Below are positions 11,372-24,343 of a stretch of 64,000 nt of DNA, piece by piece. The DNA is taken from the NCBI RefSeq assembly GCF_021028975.2, contig NC_059429.1:31248001-31312000 (forward strand), given 5' to 3'. The position numbers and the translations under genes were made by a program. This DNA comes from Sphaerodactylus townsendi (lineage: Eukaryota). Position 1 is the stretch's first letter. Each line of letters opens with the position of its first letter. The notes under the pieces were generated by a model, which saw only the letters and a list, made by a program, of their open reading frames with translations, did not search any database and had not been told where the DNA came from.

Positions 11372-12319
11372 AGCGGTTTTGGCACTTCTTCAGCAGGTCC
11401 TGCAAGAGAAAAATAAGTTAACTTCCTCAGACAATCGAGGAATGTAATTTCAGCTGCCACAATTTCATGAAGCCATCCTGAACCCAGAGGGTTTTGTTGA
11501 GCAGTTGGAAGGCCCCTTAGGGCCATTCCTTTTTTCACTTCTCCACTTATGTATACAATTGAAATGGTTGACCAGTACATGGGTGAGAAACATCTGGAGA
11601 AGTGAGGATCACGGTTTTGTGTTTTATGTTTTATGTCTTATGTTTTGGAGGGATAGGTTATGCGACCTCCAGAGGGTTTTTTTATTATTATAAAGAAATT
11701 GTTAAGCAGGAGTTAGTTTTGTAAAATGAACTGAGTACCAACCCAGCCAAGCTGTGGTCATGGTCATGGAGGGGGAAGTTTGTAGGCAGTTGTCGAACAG
11801 GGAATTGGTTGACCAGAATGTGGTTACAGCAAGAAGATTATGGGGCGTGGAAGCCCAAGCTAGAAGGCTGGGAAGGCAGGGAGAACTGTGTAAAGAAAGA
11901 TACAAAAGACTGAGGATCTACTGAACAAGCCGCTACAGGACTTGGTTCATGAAGCGTAGACAGTAATGGTGAGGCGGGAAGAGGAAAAGGAAAAGAAAGG
12001 TGGTGGAAAAAAGATGGTTATAAGGATCAGCCAAATTCACCGAGGGAAAGCCCGGGGTGGGTATTAAGGAAGAGGCAGAGGTGCAGAAGGGTGATGAGTA
12101 TGAAAGGGAGAGGAACAGGGCAGCTGTTTTTGCCAATGAGGGAAACTTTTGTAAGCCTATGAGGCTTTCTGACTGAAAAGGGTGGATATTGGGATGAAAG
12201 TTTCTGTGAAATGTAAAAAAAATATAACATGTCAGCTTTGGGGATTGAAATCAAGGATTGTTATTAGGGCATGAGTTGCTGGTTTGTGTGTTTTTGTTTT
12301 GTTTGCCTAAGATAGAATT

Positions 12320-12456
12320 ATGAACAGTTTCCTCTGATAAAATAGGGATTATCAGTTTCTCGCCATTCCGCAGCATGGCCAATTGGCCATGCTGGCAGGG
12401 GCTGATGGGAATTGTAGTTCCTGAACATCTGGAGAGCCGCAGGTTCCCTACCCCTG
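12320..12456. mobile_element. hAT (Charlie-like) MITE inserted in the ERV interior; left arm garbled
   Basis: Right arm and centre match the MITE at 56170-56317. Confidence 0.85.
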
Positions 12457-13091
12457 GCCTAAGAGGAGGCTCTTAGGTAAACTAAAAAAGGAATCTCAAA
12501 AGGTTTGGGGTGAGGTTGGTTTCAAGGTAATGATTTGGGAACGTGAGCTATGAGAAGTTCCTTTCACCTTTGCCATGTGTGCTGAGAGGGATAAGGTTTT
12601 TCTTCTCCGAAGAAGAAAGCACTTTTTGAAACTGTATTAAAACACTTGGCCTCCTTATGAATTGCAAAAAAGGGGGGGGTGTCATTGGTCTCCTGAATGT
12701 TCATTTGGTTGCAATTTGTGAAATTGAGGGTTTTTTGTTTTGTTTTATGCAATGTATGCAATGAGAAATAATCTTCTTTATGAGACAATATGTGTTATTT
12801 GAATACAATGATAACAACTGTAAGTGGCAGAATTTTTTTTAAGAAGGGAAAGCCTTGATCTGAATTATCAGTCAAGCCTCCTTTCAGTAAATTGGGAAGG
12901 GCTGGGTGTGGAGGTAAAGCAATGTTTAGCGTGCACAAGGGCCTTTTCACCTGTGGAGGATTGCTTCATCGCCACCTCACAGCTTAAAAGGAAAGACTGG
13001 GTAAATTTTCTGGTAAAAGGTAGACACTGCAGGGTTGGAGTATGGTTGGGTTAAAGGTACGCTTGAGAAAAGTAAGTGGTCAAAGGGGACC

Positions 13092-13410
13092 ATGGGAAAC
13101 CAACCAGTGAAGCCAGAGGGGCTTACTCCATTGCAATGTGTATTGAAATACAGGAAAGACTTGGGATTTTCTTCTTTGAAAAAGAAAATACTTTCTAAAC
13201 TGTATAAAGAAAAAACTTGGCCGCTTCATGTTCTGGAAGGGGGGAATTTATTGGCCTTCTGAAGGGTCTTTTGATTGCAATGTAATTCTTAAAATGAATA
13301 CTTTTTGTCGACAGACATATAAGTATACAGAACAGAATTATCTGGCATGTTTTTATGCATTGATAAATAATCCTCTGTATGTAAAAAAAATGTGTGATAT
13401 CTACTTGTGA
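13092..13410 (+). pseudogene. gag: ERV gag remnant 2 (matrix, HERV-H/W-like)
   Basis: MGNQPVKPEGLTPLQCVLKYRKDLGFSSLKKKILSKL..TWP /frameshift/ WPSEGSFDCNVILKMNTFCRQ...YLACFYAL. Confidence 0.8.
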
Positions 13411-13614
13411 TGATAAAAGCAAAATTGTAACTCAGAATTTGACCTCACATGCTCCAGAATGGGTTCAGGTTGAGGGAGAGGGGGAGGTTGAGTTGGGAGG
13501 GAAAGGGTGTTTAAGCCCCCATGTCATCCCAACAGTTTCTCCAGCTTTGCCAACGTCTGACTCGGGTATTTTAACACGTCTGTGGCAGCTAAGGCGATGA
13601 GGAACCAAAAGCTC

Positions 13615-14420
13615 TATCAGCTTTTATGTGAAGATCCTGAAATGCATCTGAAGAAGGCAAATGATTGAAATCCAGCAACTATGCTGCCTGGAAAAGGAAT
13701 TCTGCAACATGGATGTGTGAAAGGTATGAAGAAAGTGCATTCTGTCAGTTCAAGCCAACGTGCCATCCCTATGCCTAACCCTGATTGTAATTTGTCCCAG
13801 ATGAAAGCAGCAGCTGTGGGAAACAGGATATAAAATTGGCTATAACATTGTGACTATGTCTAAAGCTGTTGTGCAAACCGTCAGCAAGCGTTTCCGCCCA
13901 GACAGCAGAGTCTAAAGCTCTACACAGAGCACTGTGGCTGGCCGAAGGTCACAGTAACTGTGCTTTTTATGACGCATGTGCAAAGACAAATGTGGGACTA
14001 TCATGACATGCTGGATCAACGTGCCAATTCTTGGAAGCAGACCGGAAGCCAAAAGATGTGCTCCTACATAAAATCAATGAAGGTAACTCACCAGAGGTAA
14101 GAAGAGATTCCTTGACAGTTGCTGCTGTGGATGCAGAAGCACAGAAGGCAACAGAATCAGAAGTTGCTGTATTGCCTTGTAGTTTGCTTAACAGGACAAC
14201 CTGTTGCTGTCAAACAGAGATGTTTGGGAATCAATTGAAAGCTACGAATTCCTAGAATTCCACATGTGGAATAGTCTGAAGAGACTTGTGAGCAAATTTT
14301 ACCAGGAGGCAAGTCTGCAAGGGACTGATTCTCCTCTGATAGCTTTGTTTTACACCAACCTTCTCAGGAACTCAGGGTTTAGTTCTTTTGAATTGATCAA
14401 CGGTAAAATTTGGAGCATGG
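13615..14420 (+). pseudogene. pol: ERV pol remnant 2 (tether, RNase H, integrase pieces)
   Basis: QLLCEDP...NPATMLP...HGC...PMPNPD; SAQTAESKALHRALWLAEG; DAEAQKA; GFSSFELING. Confidence 0.75.
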
Positions 14421-15205
14421 GACTGAATTCCGATTCTGAGAATAGAGAGTGTGTATAAACATTAATCAGTTTTTGTCAAAACATGTATTGCTGTGGAGTG
14501 GTGTGTTTTCTTGTGTTCTCTTTTCAGGTACATGCAGAAAAGTTTACCTCCTGAAGTAGACATCAGAACCACAAATGCAACATGGAAGGTGGGGAGATCG
14601 GATCCAAAATGCAAGAAGAAAATAAATCATTCATCAAGCGAGAGACTATTTCCCAATGGGCAGGGAAACCACTGGGAGAAGTGTGTTTCATTACAAAGAA
14701 CTCTGATTTCAGTTAAAAGTGTATTTTGTTTCCTCGTTTGGAATGTAATTTGCAAGTATGTGTAAAAATCCTGACAGTTTGTTTTTCCGCATCATGTTTT
14801 GTATATTGTATGATGTATACATAACTACACACTAGAATTATGTTATATTGTCCCCTGTTAAACACTGATACATCATCTAGCCATAGTACAGGCTACACCA
14901 GAGCGAAAAGTGTAGAGAACAGTCAAGAGAACCGCATACATACAAGAGTATAAGAGTATCAGTGTCTTCCCTTGTTCGGTCACTGTAGTCTCACCCATAA
15001 TCAAGTATCCTCAGAATTGGTCATGGCTGTAAGACTAAAGATACCCCCTGGTGAAGGGCACAGTGAGGGAACAAACACCTCCCTAGACACAGAGGAATCA
15101 ACCAAGTGTTGACTGGGGCTGTTCTGAAATATTGACTGGGGATACTTATGAAAATTCAGAGAAGTGAAACCTCACAAGAATGGTATAAAAGGAAAAGGGG
15201 GGAAT

Positions 15206-15795
15206 TGTTATGGATTTATTATGGATAAAATTATAAGGTGTGAGGTGTTCAGATATGTTTTTCAGAGTCATTTTTATTAGATGGGAATGCTTTTGGGGGC
15301 ATAGGTTATAGGCTTGTTTTTCAGAAATTGTTTACTAAAACGGATGCTTAGAGCTCGCAAGAAAAGAGGAAGTGGTGTGCCTGCATGCAAGAAAAGAGGA
15401 AGTGGCACTACCATGTGAGGATCACTTACGAGTACACTGGTATAAAAATAACCGTTGGAAATAACCATTGCTTAATTGCCTGTTGCTTGAACGGCTGAAA
15501 CTAACAGAAAAACAAGTATAGGGGATTTTTGAGGTGGGTTTATTGAGATCATTGTATTGTATTTTGATAGGTAGATTGTGAGCCTTGGGCCAGCCTAGAG
15601 GACCTTGTGGTATCTCGGGATTGGTCCAAGAGACAGAGTGGGATGCTTTAAATTGAGCTGCACTGTGATGCAGATTTCAGGGAGCCACACCTTGGTTCCC
15701 TCCACCTCTGCAGAAGTGTACCTGAATAAACTGCTTACTGCTGACTGCTGCATTTGTGAGTATTAATTGGGAATATTTGACAATGCTCCATAACA
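15206..15795 (+). repeat. ERV 3' LTR (590 bp)
   Basis: TGTTATGG...CCATAACA inverted ends, preceded by PPT, AATAAA near 15725; about 25 bp shorter than the 5' LTR. Confidence 0.95.
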
Positions 15796-15955
15796 GTTAC
15801 CTGGGACTTTGCGCTGAGGAAACTGTCTGTTTGTCATACTGAGAGAACCACCCATCAAGGGCTCTAATACAATCCAAAAATACCTTTCTAATGATGCCTT
15901 CCTATCCCAAGCTCTGCAAATCAAAATTGGATTGTTATCAACGTAGACCATGCTT

Positions 15956-16487
15956 TAGGGTTGTCAGGTCTGCTCTGTCTACTGGCAGGGTATGGGGGTA
16001 TAAGACTGCCAGATCCAGGGTGCAAAACTCCTGGAGATTTAGGGAAGGAGCCTGGGGAAGACAAACTTCTCAGTGGGATACAATGCCATAGAATCAGAAG
16101 CATAGCTGGGCAGGAGTGCACCCAGGGCACACTCCGTGTTTTCCACACACACCCTGCGGCCCCTCCCCAACCCTCTATGATCCCACCCCCACCCCCTCCC
16201 CACCCCCACTTACCTTTTCCAGCAGGCAGAAAACAGCTTTCTGCCAGCTGAAAATGGGCCAGGCTGGTGGGGCAGGGCCAGGCCTGACAAGGTGAGGCAG
16301 GGCGAGGGGATGATTTTTGCACGCACGCACCTGGCACGCAACCCCCTTTCCCCTTGTAGCTCCACCGCTGCATAGAATCCATCTTCCAAAGCATCCATTT
16401 CCTACAGGGGAATGATACCTATAGTATGAAGATGAGCTCTAATTCGGGGAGGGGGTCCCCAGGTCCCGCCTGGAGGTTGGCATCCCT
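15956..16487. mobile_element. Non-autonomous DNA transposon with TAGGGTTGCCA-type TIRs (hAT/Blackjack-like)
   Basis: TAGGGTTGTCA...TGGCATCCCT ends; related copies near 34405-34605, 49770-50020 and 51171-51366. Confidence 0.6.
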
Positions 16488-18204
16488 TCCTTGAATGCAG
16501 AGACCTTACTGCAAAGTTCCTTTGAGAGGAAACTAACTGAGGAAGAATTCTGAACAAAGAGAGCTCAATGTGAAGATAAATAATTCTTATTTAAATTTGA
16601 ACCATACTGACAAGTTCAGCTTTCACAAAAATATACTGGAATCAATATTTAGGTTAAGAACAATAGAGCCACAAGGATACAGCTATTTTAATTACAACCC
16701 TTCTTAAAACTTTACAACTTTATAAATGTTATAACTCTTCATAATATGAAGGGAAGCTAGGATACTGCTCCAATGATAGTTGCAAGAGAATCATGTGGGA
16801 ATCATTCTTACAATTTAGAAGTGGGCCTAGCATATTGTGACCTCTGTTGTTCCAGTAGAGTTCATGGCTGAATTATACAATGTACAAATGATTTTGCTCA
16901 CTTTTGTGAATGTGATACTTGAAATCATAGCTCACAGAATGTGCTACCTCTGTTAGAAAGACCTAAGTAGCTATTTGTTATAGTGTAATTGTGGATGGCA
17001 CTACAGATTGTAACACAAAAGAACAGTTTTCATTGTTTTCTGCACTACTACAGAGGCTATAGCAGTGGAGTAATTCTTTTTTTGATTTGACTCTTATGAA
17101 CCACATGCAACACAGCTAAAACTCTGCTGTTTGAAAAATGTACTGTGCCACTTTAGTTTTTTTCCTGATAGGCTTCATAGTCAATGCAATGATAGAACAT
17201 CAAATGTTCAATCATCATCTTGGATTCCAGGCTCTTGTAAAGAAAGAAGAGTCAAGACAACTCTTCACTGAATAGCTCATATTGTAAATTTAGTGGAGCA
17301 AGAATATGTTTTTATGTGTAGACATTTTCTGATGAAAATTCCTTGCACAGTTGGAGCACTTTCAACATAAATCTGAGACAATTTTACTTCAGAAGATAGC
17401 CTGTTAGAGTGACTTCCTTATGGTCAATTGCTTATATCATTCAGCAATCAGTGAAAAATGATCATTGCAGATGCATTTTCTTTTGGCAGACTGCTCAGAG
17501 AAGTTGGTCCATAATTTCCCCACCCCCTTTTAGGACACTGTAACCTGCACTTGGGTTAATAGTCTTCCTAATATCTAGGACAATCTTGTATGAAATTATT
17601 TGTACTATCAATAATAGTTTGCATAATCCCCTTTATTCAGATTTGTGTGACATAATATTAGAAAAAATGAAAAATCTGCCATAGGTAAAGATTGCTCCAG
17701 CATAGAAGAATTCAAAAAATGTGTTCCATTTGGATAGTTATAACAGAGTTGTTTCAAAAGCTTGGAGGTGATACTGGATCTTGGCTTACAGCTCAAGGCT
17801 CAAGTCTTCTTAATGGCACACAATACCTTTATATCTGCTCTTGCTGGTTTGCCAGTTATGGTCATTCACCGAACAGCATAATCTGGCCACAGTGATCCAT
17901 GTTCTGAACACAACCAAATTAGATTACAGTATTATAATCCACTGTAGTGGAGCTGATTTAGAAAAGAATTCACAAAGGTTGTTTCTGCACGGTCCAAATA
18001 ACCTGGGTTGAACAAGGGAAATATCCTGGTTTAGCCAAGAAATTCGCATGGTTCCTGATCCTAAAGCAGGTTTGTCCTGTGATATTTCCCTCATCCTGAG
18101 ATTTTCAAAAATCACCAATTTGGCTATTCTTTTCAAAAATTCTATGGTGAATCCACTACCGTGCAAACTCCATGGAAGCAGAACCAGTTTATTTTTCTGG
18201 CCTA

Positions 18205-21100
18205 ACCAACTGATCTCCCTGATTTATAAGCCACCCTTCCCTGCAGGGCTCAGGGCAGTGAACAACAATAGTAAAACAATATAAAAACAGGATAATCATA
18301 AAATATTAACACATAAAAACAGTTTAAAACATTCATAGTTGATGACACCATCTTACACCCTTACACATCCCTAGGAGGCCACAACAACAATTTTATTTCA
18401 ATTCAGATCCAACTGGCCCAATGTAAAAGCCTGACAGAACAGCTCCATTTTACAAGCCCTGCAGAAACCATTCAAGTCCTACAGGACCCTGATCACACTA
18501 GGGAGCTCCACCAGGTAAAGGCCAAGACTGTAAAGGTCCTGGCCCTCGTAGCAATCAGCCGGATATCTTTGGGTCCAGGGATCACCAGCAAATTTTCCTC
18601 TGAGGAATGAAGAGGCAGTCCCGCAGGTATGCAGGTCCAAGACCGCTCACAACATTGAAGGTCATAACCAGAACTTTGAACATGATCCAGTACTTGATTC
18701 AGTCCCTATAAGATGCTCCAGTAAGGAGCCTAGCTGCCACATGTATGAGCTTTAACTTCTGGGTCATGGACAGAGGTAGGCCAGCATAGCTACAATAATT
18801 CAATCTGGAGGTGACCATTGCATGGATTACTGTGGCCAGATCAGAATGGGAGAGCTGTGCCTGATGCAGATGGGAAAAGGCTACCTGGGCAGTCCTGATA
18901 ACATGCAACTCAAATGAAAAAGTAGAGTCTAAAGTGACCCCCACCCATTGAAAAGATGAGCTGGGTGTCATCCACATATTGGTGACACTGCAGCCCAAAA
19001 CTCCAGACCAGCTTGGCTAGGGGGTGCATGTAGATATTTAAAAGCATTGGGAAGAGTATTGCCCCCTGCAGCATCCAACAAACCATGGGGTGGTGCCTAG
19101 AGATCTCACCTCCCCCCATGTCACCTGCAACCCCCAATCTCGATGGAATGAGGTGAGCCAACTGAAGGCTGTCCCTTGAACCCTGCTCTCAGCAAGGCAG
19201 TGGACAAAAAGGTCGTGATCTACCATATTGAATGCTGTGGTAAGATCTAACAAAACCAGCAGCGCCAAACCACCTTGATCCAGCTGAAGCCGAAGTTCAT
19301 CCATGACAGCAACCAACACCATCTTGGTCCCATGACCAGTGTGGAAACCAGACTGGAAGGAATCCAACACATTAGCATCATCCAGGAAACTCTAAAGCTG
19401 TTCCACCACCACTTAATCAATTACCTTGCCCAGAAATGAAAGATTCAAGACTGAGTGGTAATTGGCCAGATCCAAAGGATCTAACTAAGGTCTTTTTAGA
19501 AGTGGGTGGACCACTGTCTCTTTAAGCTGCCCTGGAAAAACTCCTTGCTCAAGGGAGCTATTGATGATAGCTCCTCCCTGCAGGCTTTCACCGACAAGGA
19601 AGGGCACGGATCAAAAGCTCAAGTGGTAGATCTTACTGCTGCCAGCATCCTGTCCACATCAGTGGGATCAAGCAGGCTGAAGTGGTCCAAACAAGGACCA
19701 CAAGGTGGCCAAGGGGCCTCCAGTTTCCTTATTGTATCAGTGGTGGTGGAAAGGGTTTGGCAGAGTGACAAGACTTTATCTGCAAAATGACTCACAAATG
19801 CCTCACAGCAAAAAGTCAATTCCTTAAATTTTGGACCTACAGAAGAGGTTGTAAGTGACTGAATCACCCTAAACAATTGTGCAGTGCATGAGTTAGCAGA
19901 AGCAACGGAGGAAGCAAAGTAAACTTTCTTTGCCTCCACTGCTTTCTCGTAAGATTTCATAAATGTTCTATACAAGTGACTTGACCCTTCATCAGGGGCC
20001 TGCCACCACACTTGCTCGAGCTGTCTCAGCTCCCATTTTTCAGCTCCTCTGAATACCAGGGAGCCAGTCTGGTGTGGGGGGCAGAGCGGGCATCTTGGAG
20101 TGACAGTCTTGATGGCTTCAGAGAGCCTGGAATCCCACCTCTTTACCAGCACATCCAGAGTGTTGCCAGTGTCCCGCGGAGTATCCCGCAGAATGTCCTG
20201 AAGCTGCTCTGGGTCCATCAGTCTCTGCGGGTAGCCCCAAATATGCCCGTTGCCTAGACAGGGTGTGTGGCAGCATCAATTCGGGCCTTAAGGACATAGC
20301 TGTCAGACCATGGCACTTTTATCTATAGAGGATAAGGCCACATACACATCTGCCGTGAAGATCCAATCCAGAGTGTGGCCACCCTGGTGGGTAGGATCCC
20401 CAGTGTTTACAAGAAAGAGGCCTAGCATTGTCATGGATGACACTAGATACGCAGCAACCGAAGAAGAGGCCAAATTGGCGTGGATGTTCAAGTCCCACAA
20501 CACAATCAGGTTTGGGTACTGCAACGCCCACCCAGCAACAACCTCAATAAACCACAACAGGCTGTCTGCCAGTGAGCTAGGCGACCGGTACACCAACAAG
20601 ACAGCCAACCTCTCTGGCGATTCCCAATGGATGGCTAAACACTCCATGCCAGTGATCGACCGGATGGGAGACGTCTGGAATGCCAACGAGCATCGCCACT
20701 CCTGCCTCCCAGCCCTGTGTCTGGGGCTGCTGAACAATCATGGAGCCTTCCAGGGTGAGTTCATTGAGGGAGACTCTTCCTCTTACACTCAGGTCTCCTT
20801 GATGCAGGCGAGGTCCACCACTTGCTCTCCAAGATAATCTCGGAGAACAGCCTATTTGTTGTTAATGGACCTCACATTCTTAGCAGTAGTTGTGGAGTAG
20901 AGTATAAGACTCCTACCACAAAACCTGCATTCCTTGGGAATGCAGGTTGGGAATCCCCTGTCGCAGGTCAGACAGGGAGCGAGCATAACCTTATCTCACT
21001 GTATGTCTCTCAAAAGGCCTGGGCTTTCTGCTATATCTCCCACACCCCATAACTACTGGGATCTCTGGCCCACCTGCAGGCTTTCTGTGGGTGGGAAGTA
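18205..21100 (-). mobile_element. L2 LINE, degenerate (APE endonuclease and RT)
   Basis: LLVYRSPS, DLNIH, PTHQGGHTLDWIF; LDSFQSGF..GHGT, LLVLLDLTTAFNMVDH, CHQYVDDTQL, IHAMVTSRLNYC. Confidence 0.92.
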
Positions 21101-21740
21101 TAACTGACATAGTGATCTAGGCTAACAATCCAACAGTTCAATAATAGCAAATCAACAGCAGCAACAACTTATGTGAACCTAGCTACTAACAATTACAATC
21201 AATATACATTTAACTAAGCTAATGCTAAACTACAACTGAACCTACTGGTGTGAACAGCCTTATTGGGTTTTTTTTCTGCTGCCACTTGCTGTATTGAGGT
21301 CTGTGCCAGGCCATATCCATAACTGGAAACAAAGGGGGGCTTCATTTTCCCCCATTCATTGTGGGTCGACCAATCAGAAGTGCAGGCTTTTTGTGGGTCA
21401 GCAATTCAAAAGGCAGGGCAGAGATGTTCATTCAAGCAGCCACCCAAAAACAACAGTCAATCTGAACACGGGACACCGGGGATGTTTGTGAAGGCACGGA
21501 TATGCTTGTAGTGTAAATACAAAAAACCCCGGCTTGTGTGAAACAAACTGTAATATTTCCTCCCGGTCTTCATTTGATTCCTTCACAGAAATGGGCAGCC
21601 ATGAGAAGGGAAAAACCAGGATAAAGTAGACCCGGATTGTAAGATACCAATTGTAACACAGTATACTTGTGTCATACAGAAACTACCAAAATTAAATTGG
21701 TCTGCCAACTGTCAGGGATTGATTACAAGGATCAAATCAC

Positions 21741-21854
21741 CAATGTACTGAAAGATCTGCACTTGTTACAGCATTTTTATACAATGCAGCTTCTGTCTCC
21801 TTTTGCTTAGCCGTTGCCTCAGATTCCTCCAACCTGTCTTTCAAGAGATATAAA
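21741..21854 (-). pseudogene. Exon-like segment (114 nt, phase 2-2, open)
   Basis: cccttttcAG acceptor, TG|GTGATT donor; LYLLKDRLEESEATAKQKETEAALYKNAVTSADLSVH (coiled-coil-like). Confidence 0.6.
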
Positions 21855-23289
21855 CTGAAAAGGGTTTTAAAATGTACACAGTCAAGAAAACTAATATATG
21901 AAAAAGCTGATAAGCTTGTTTTAACTTATTCTGCCTTCAATTTTCTATAGGCCAGGACAATGGAAGTTCAAAATCAAATGCTGTAGATCTTTCAAACACA
22001 GATTATGAGGGAAATAAATTTGAGTTACACTGCTAATTCAAGGATAGAACAGGATATGAATAAAATTAATGTTTGTTCAGGGTAGCTAATTTTATCTACT
22101 GTTACTATGATACTTATTACATATGAAGATGATATACTGTTGAAGCAGATTTATCCAGATTTATTGCTGCACCTTGACTGTATCACACAAATATTTACTT
22201 TCTATATTTTTCTGAATTTTATCCTGCAATTAGATGGAAGAATCTGAAGCAAGGTTTTTCCACTGATTCTCACTCAAATAATAAAATGTTTCATTTGTTT
22301 TCTACAATGATGACAATTTCTATTTGCAACTTTCCCTCTCCTCTATTTTTTTTTTTTTTTTGCTACTGGGGTTACAGTAGGTTACAAACTGGGTGAAAGG
22401 TCATTTGAAGGAGATCTGCTTAAGATTGCTCCCATAGGACGTAGAAATTCATAACTCCATCAATAATATTTGGATAATGATAATTATAGATAAAATATAG
22501 TCGTGTACTTTTAAATTTAATTATACCACACAGTAAAGTTATATGTGCCATATATAGAGTATATTTCAAGGTTTTGAGCACTGAAGTAACAATAGACAGA
22601 AAATAGGATTTTTTTCCTCCCTTCCATGGATTCAGCATTTCTCAAAATTTGATTTCTCTCCTTGGTATTACTTTAGTAGTGAAGCTTTACAGGAAGAACT
22701 CTTCAATCAGACACATATAAGTACATTCAGTTCTTGTGAAACTATAGAAGAGGATTCTATGCTAGCTTTCAATATTTTCTTTGTTAAAAAGGGACACACA
22801 CTTGGTTATATGCTTTCTAGGTGCTTTAGGATTTCTATATCATAAATAAAATAAACATTGCATGCATTCAATCATCTGTACGCATGAATGATAATTGGTC
22901 CTTACTGTATGATTTTTTTGTCTACTACACATTGGGAAAAATTTAATAGTGTACAAATAAGCGGTGACTTGCTGTATCAGGATGTTTGGCTTTGAGATTA
23001 TTCTTGTCTTCTTTATTTCAATAGCACATTGTCCATGGGATGACTATTAAACACCACATTTTTCAGCACCACATTTTTCTCTGCCAGGTCATGTACTCAG
23101 CTGCTCTGAGATCAACTTCTTTCTCTTGCTCATACTAATGTGGTGTGTTGCCCTCTTCAAGGATTTGGGTAATAAGAGTTTACACTGACTACACCTTGTC
23201 CTTGAAAGTATATTCATTTCCTTGCAGAGTTTTACCTATGCTGAAGAATAAACAATCAGATAATCAAGTTCAACAGTCTTCCTTACAGT

Positions 23290-24343
23290 GGTCTATTCCA
23301 CACAGCTGAAATAAGATGTCCTAAGGAAGGCACTCCACATAGCCTTTTTCCCAAGACATTTTTATTTCTGCTCAATACTTCTTTTGGGGGGTGGGGGGAG
23401 AATGCTTCTAAGTGCACCCTTTGCCCCAAAGCCTCCTGAAAGGTGTCTCCTGCGTAGCTGTGCATAATGCAGAGCTTAGGAAGAATCTTATGTTTTCTTC
23501 CAGACATTTTTGTTCTCTGGTCAGTTTCACCCTCCGCCTGTGTCCGACACTGTGTTTGCAGCTGAAGGAATTCTCCCTGCCACCATTTGCTGAAGGTTGC
23601 CATAGGATGTTTGCTCTCAGGGTTCGATCATGGGTGCCTTTTCAGCCCAAAAAGTACATAGTTGTACTCAACTGGTCCTGCCAATTTTCTTATTTTTGAG
23701 AAGCTATGTTCTTAGTTATGTAGACACACAGAAGAGTATCTTAGCCACTTGGAAAATGGGTCCACCACCCATTGAAAAGCATTGGGCTGATTCACCCTCC
23801 ACAGACTAACTTCATTTTTTTGTTATGTAAGAAAATAATAGTTGGTGTCCAGAGGGAAGGTCAACCCAACGCTTTTCAATAGGTGGCAGACCTGTCTGCC
23901 AAGCTGCTAAGATTCTCTTATGTGTTTCTGCAGAGCTACAAAGATAGCTCCTAGATTTCTTTTTAAAGGAGACTATATATTGCTGGAGCAGGACCACTGA
24001 GTACAACTATGAACTTTTGGACTGAAAAGTCTCCCAAGACCAGAGCCTGCAGAGCAAATGTCCTGGGGCTACCTTAAGCAAAGGCAGCAGGGAGAATCCC
24101 TTCAGCTGCACACAAAATGTCGGGTGCAAGCTGAGGGTGAAACTGAGCAGAGAGCAAAACAGTCAGGCAGGAAACAGCCTCTTTCCCGCTCTGATGCTAT
24201 TGCTGTCTAGAAAGCACCCAGAAGCTGCCTCTTTTTAAGACATCCCCTGGATGTCTTATTTTGGGTATGCAAAGTGAAAAGAGGGTCATCTCTTTTTGAG
24301 ACATCCCACTGACGTCTTTTTTTTGTGTTGTATGGAATGGATC
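23290..24343. mobile_element. About 1.05-kb foldback Harbinger-like MITE
   Basis: TIRs GGTCTATTCCACACAGC / GTTGTATGGAATGGATC; 3-bp flanking repeat AGT; long internal inverted arms; related copy at about 51924-52590. Confidence 0.65.

Larger units (their letters stand above)
4676..15795 (+). mobile_element. Class I (gamma/epsilon-like, ERV1) endogenous retrovirus, internally deleted and chimeric
   Basis: Two homologous LTRs; 4-bp TSD GTTA (4672-4675, 15796-15799); PBS at 10181; PPT AAAAGGAAAAGGGGGGAA just before the 3' LTR; gag, zinc knuckle, RNase H and integrase remnants. Confidence 0.93.

Noticed and set aside
14760-15190. ERV env gene
   Set aside because: Position fits, but I could read no ORF, furin site or immunosuppressive domain; at most a remnant.
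20310-20837. 175-aa plus-strand ORF
   Set aside because: Antisense to the L2 endonuclease.
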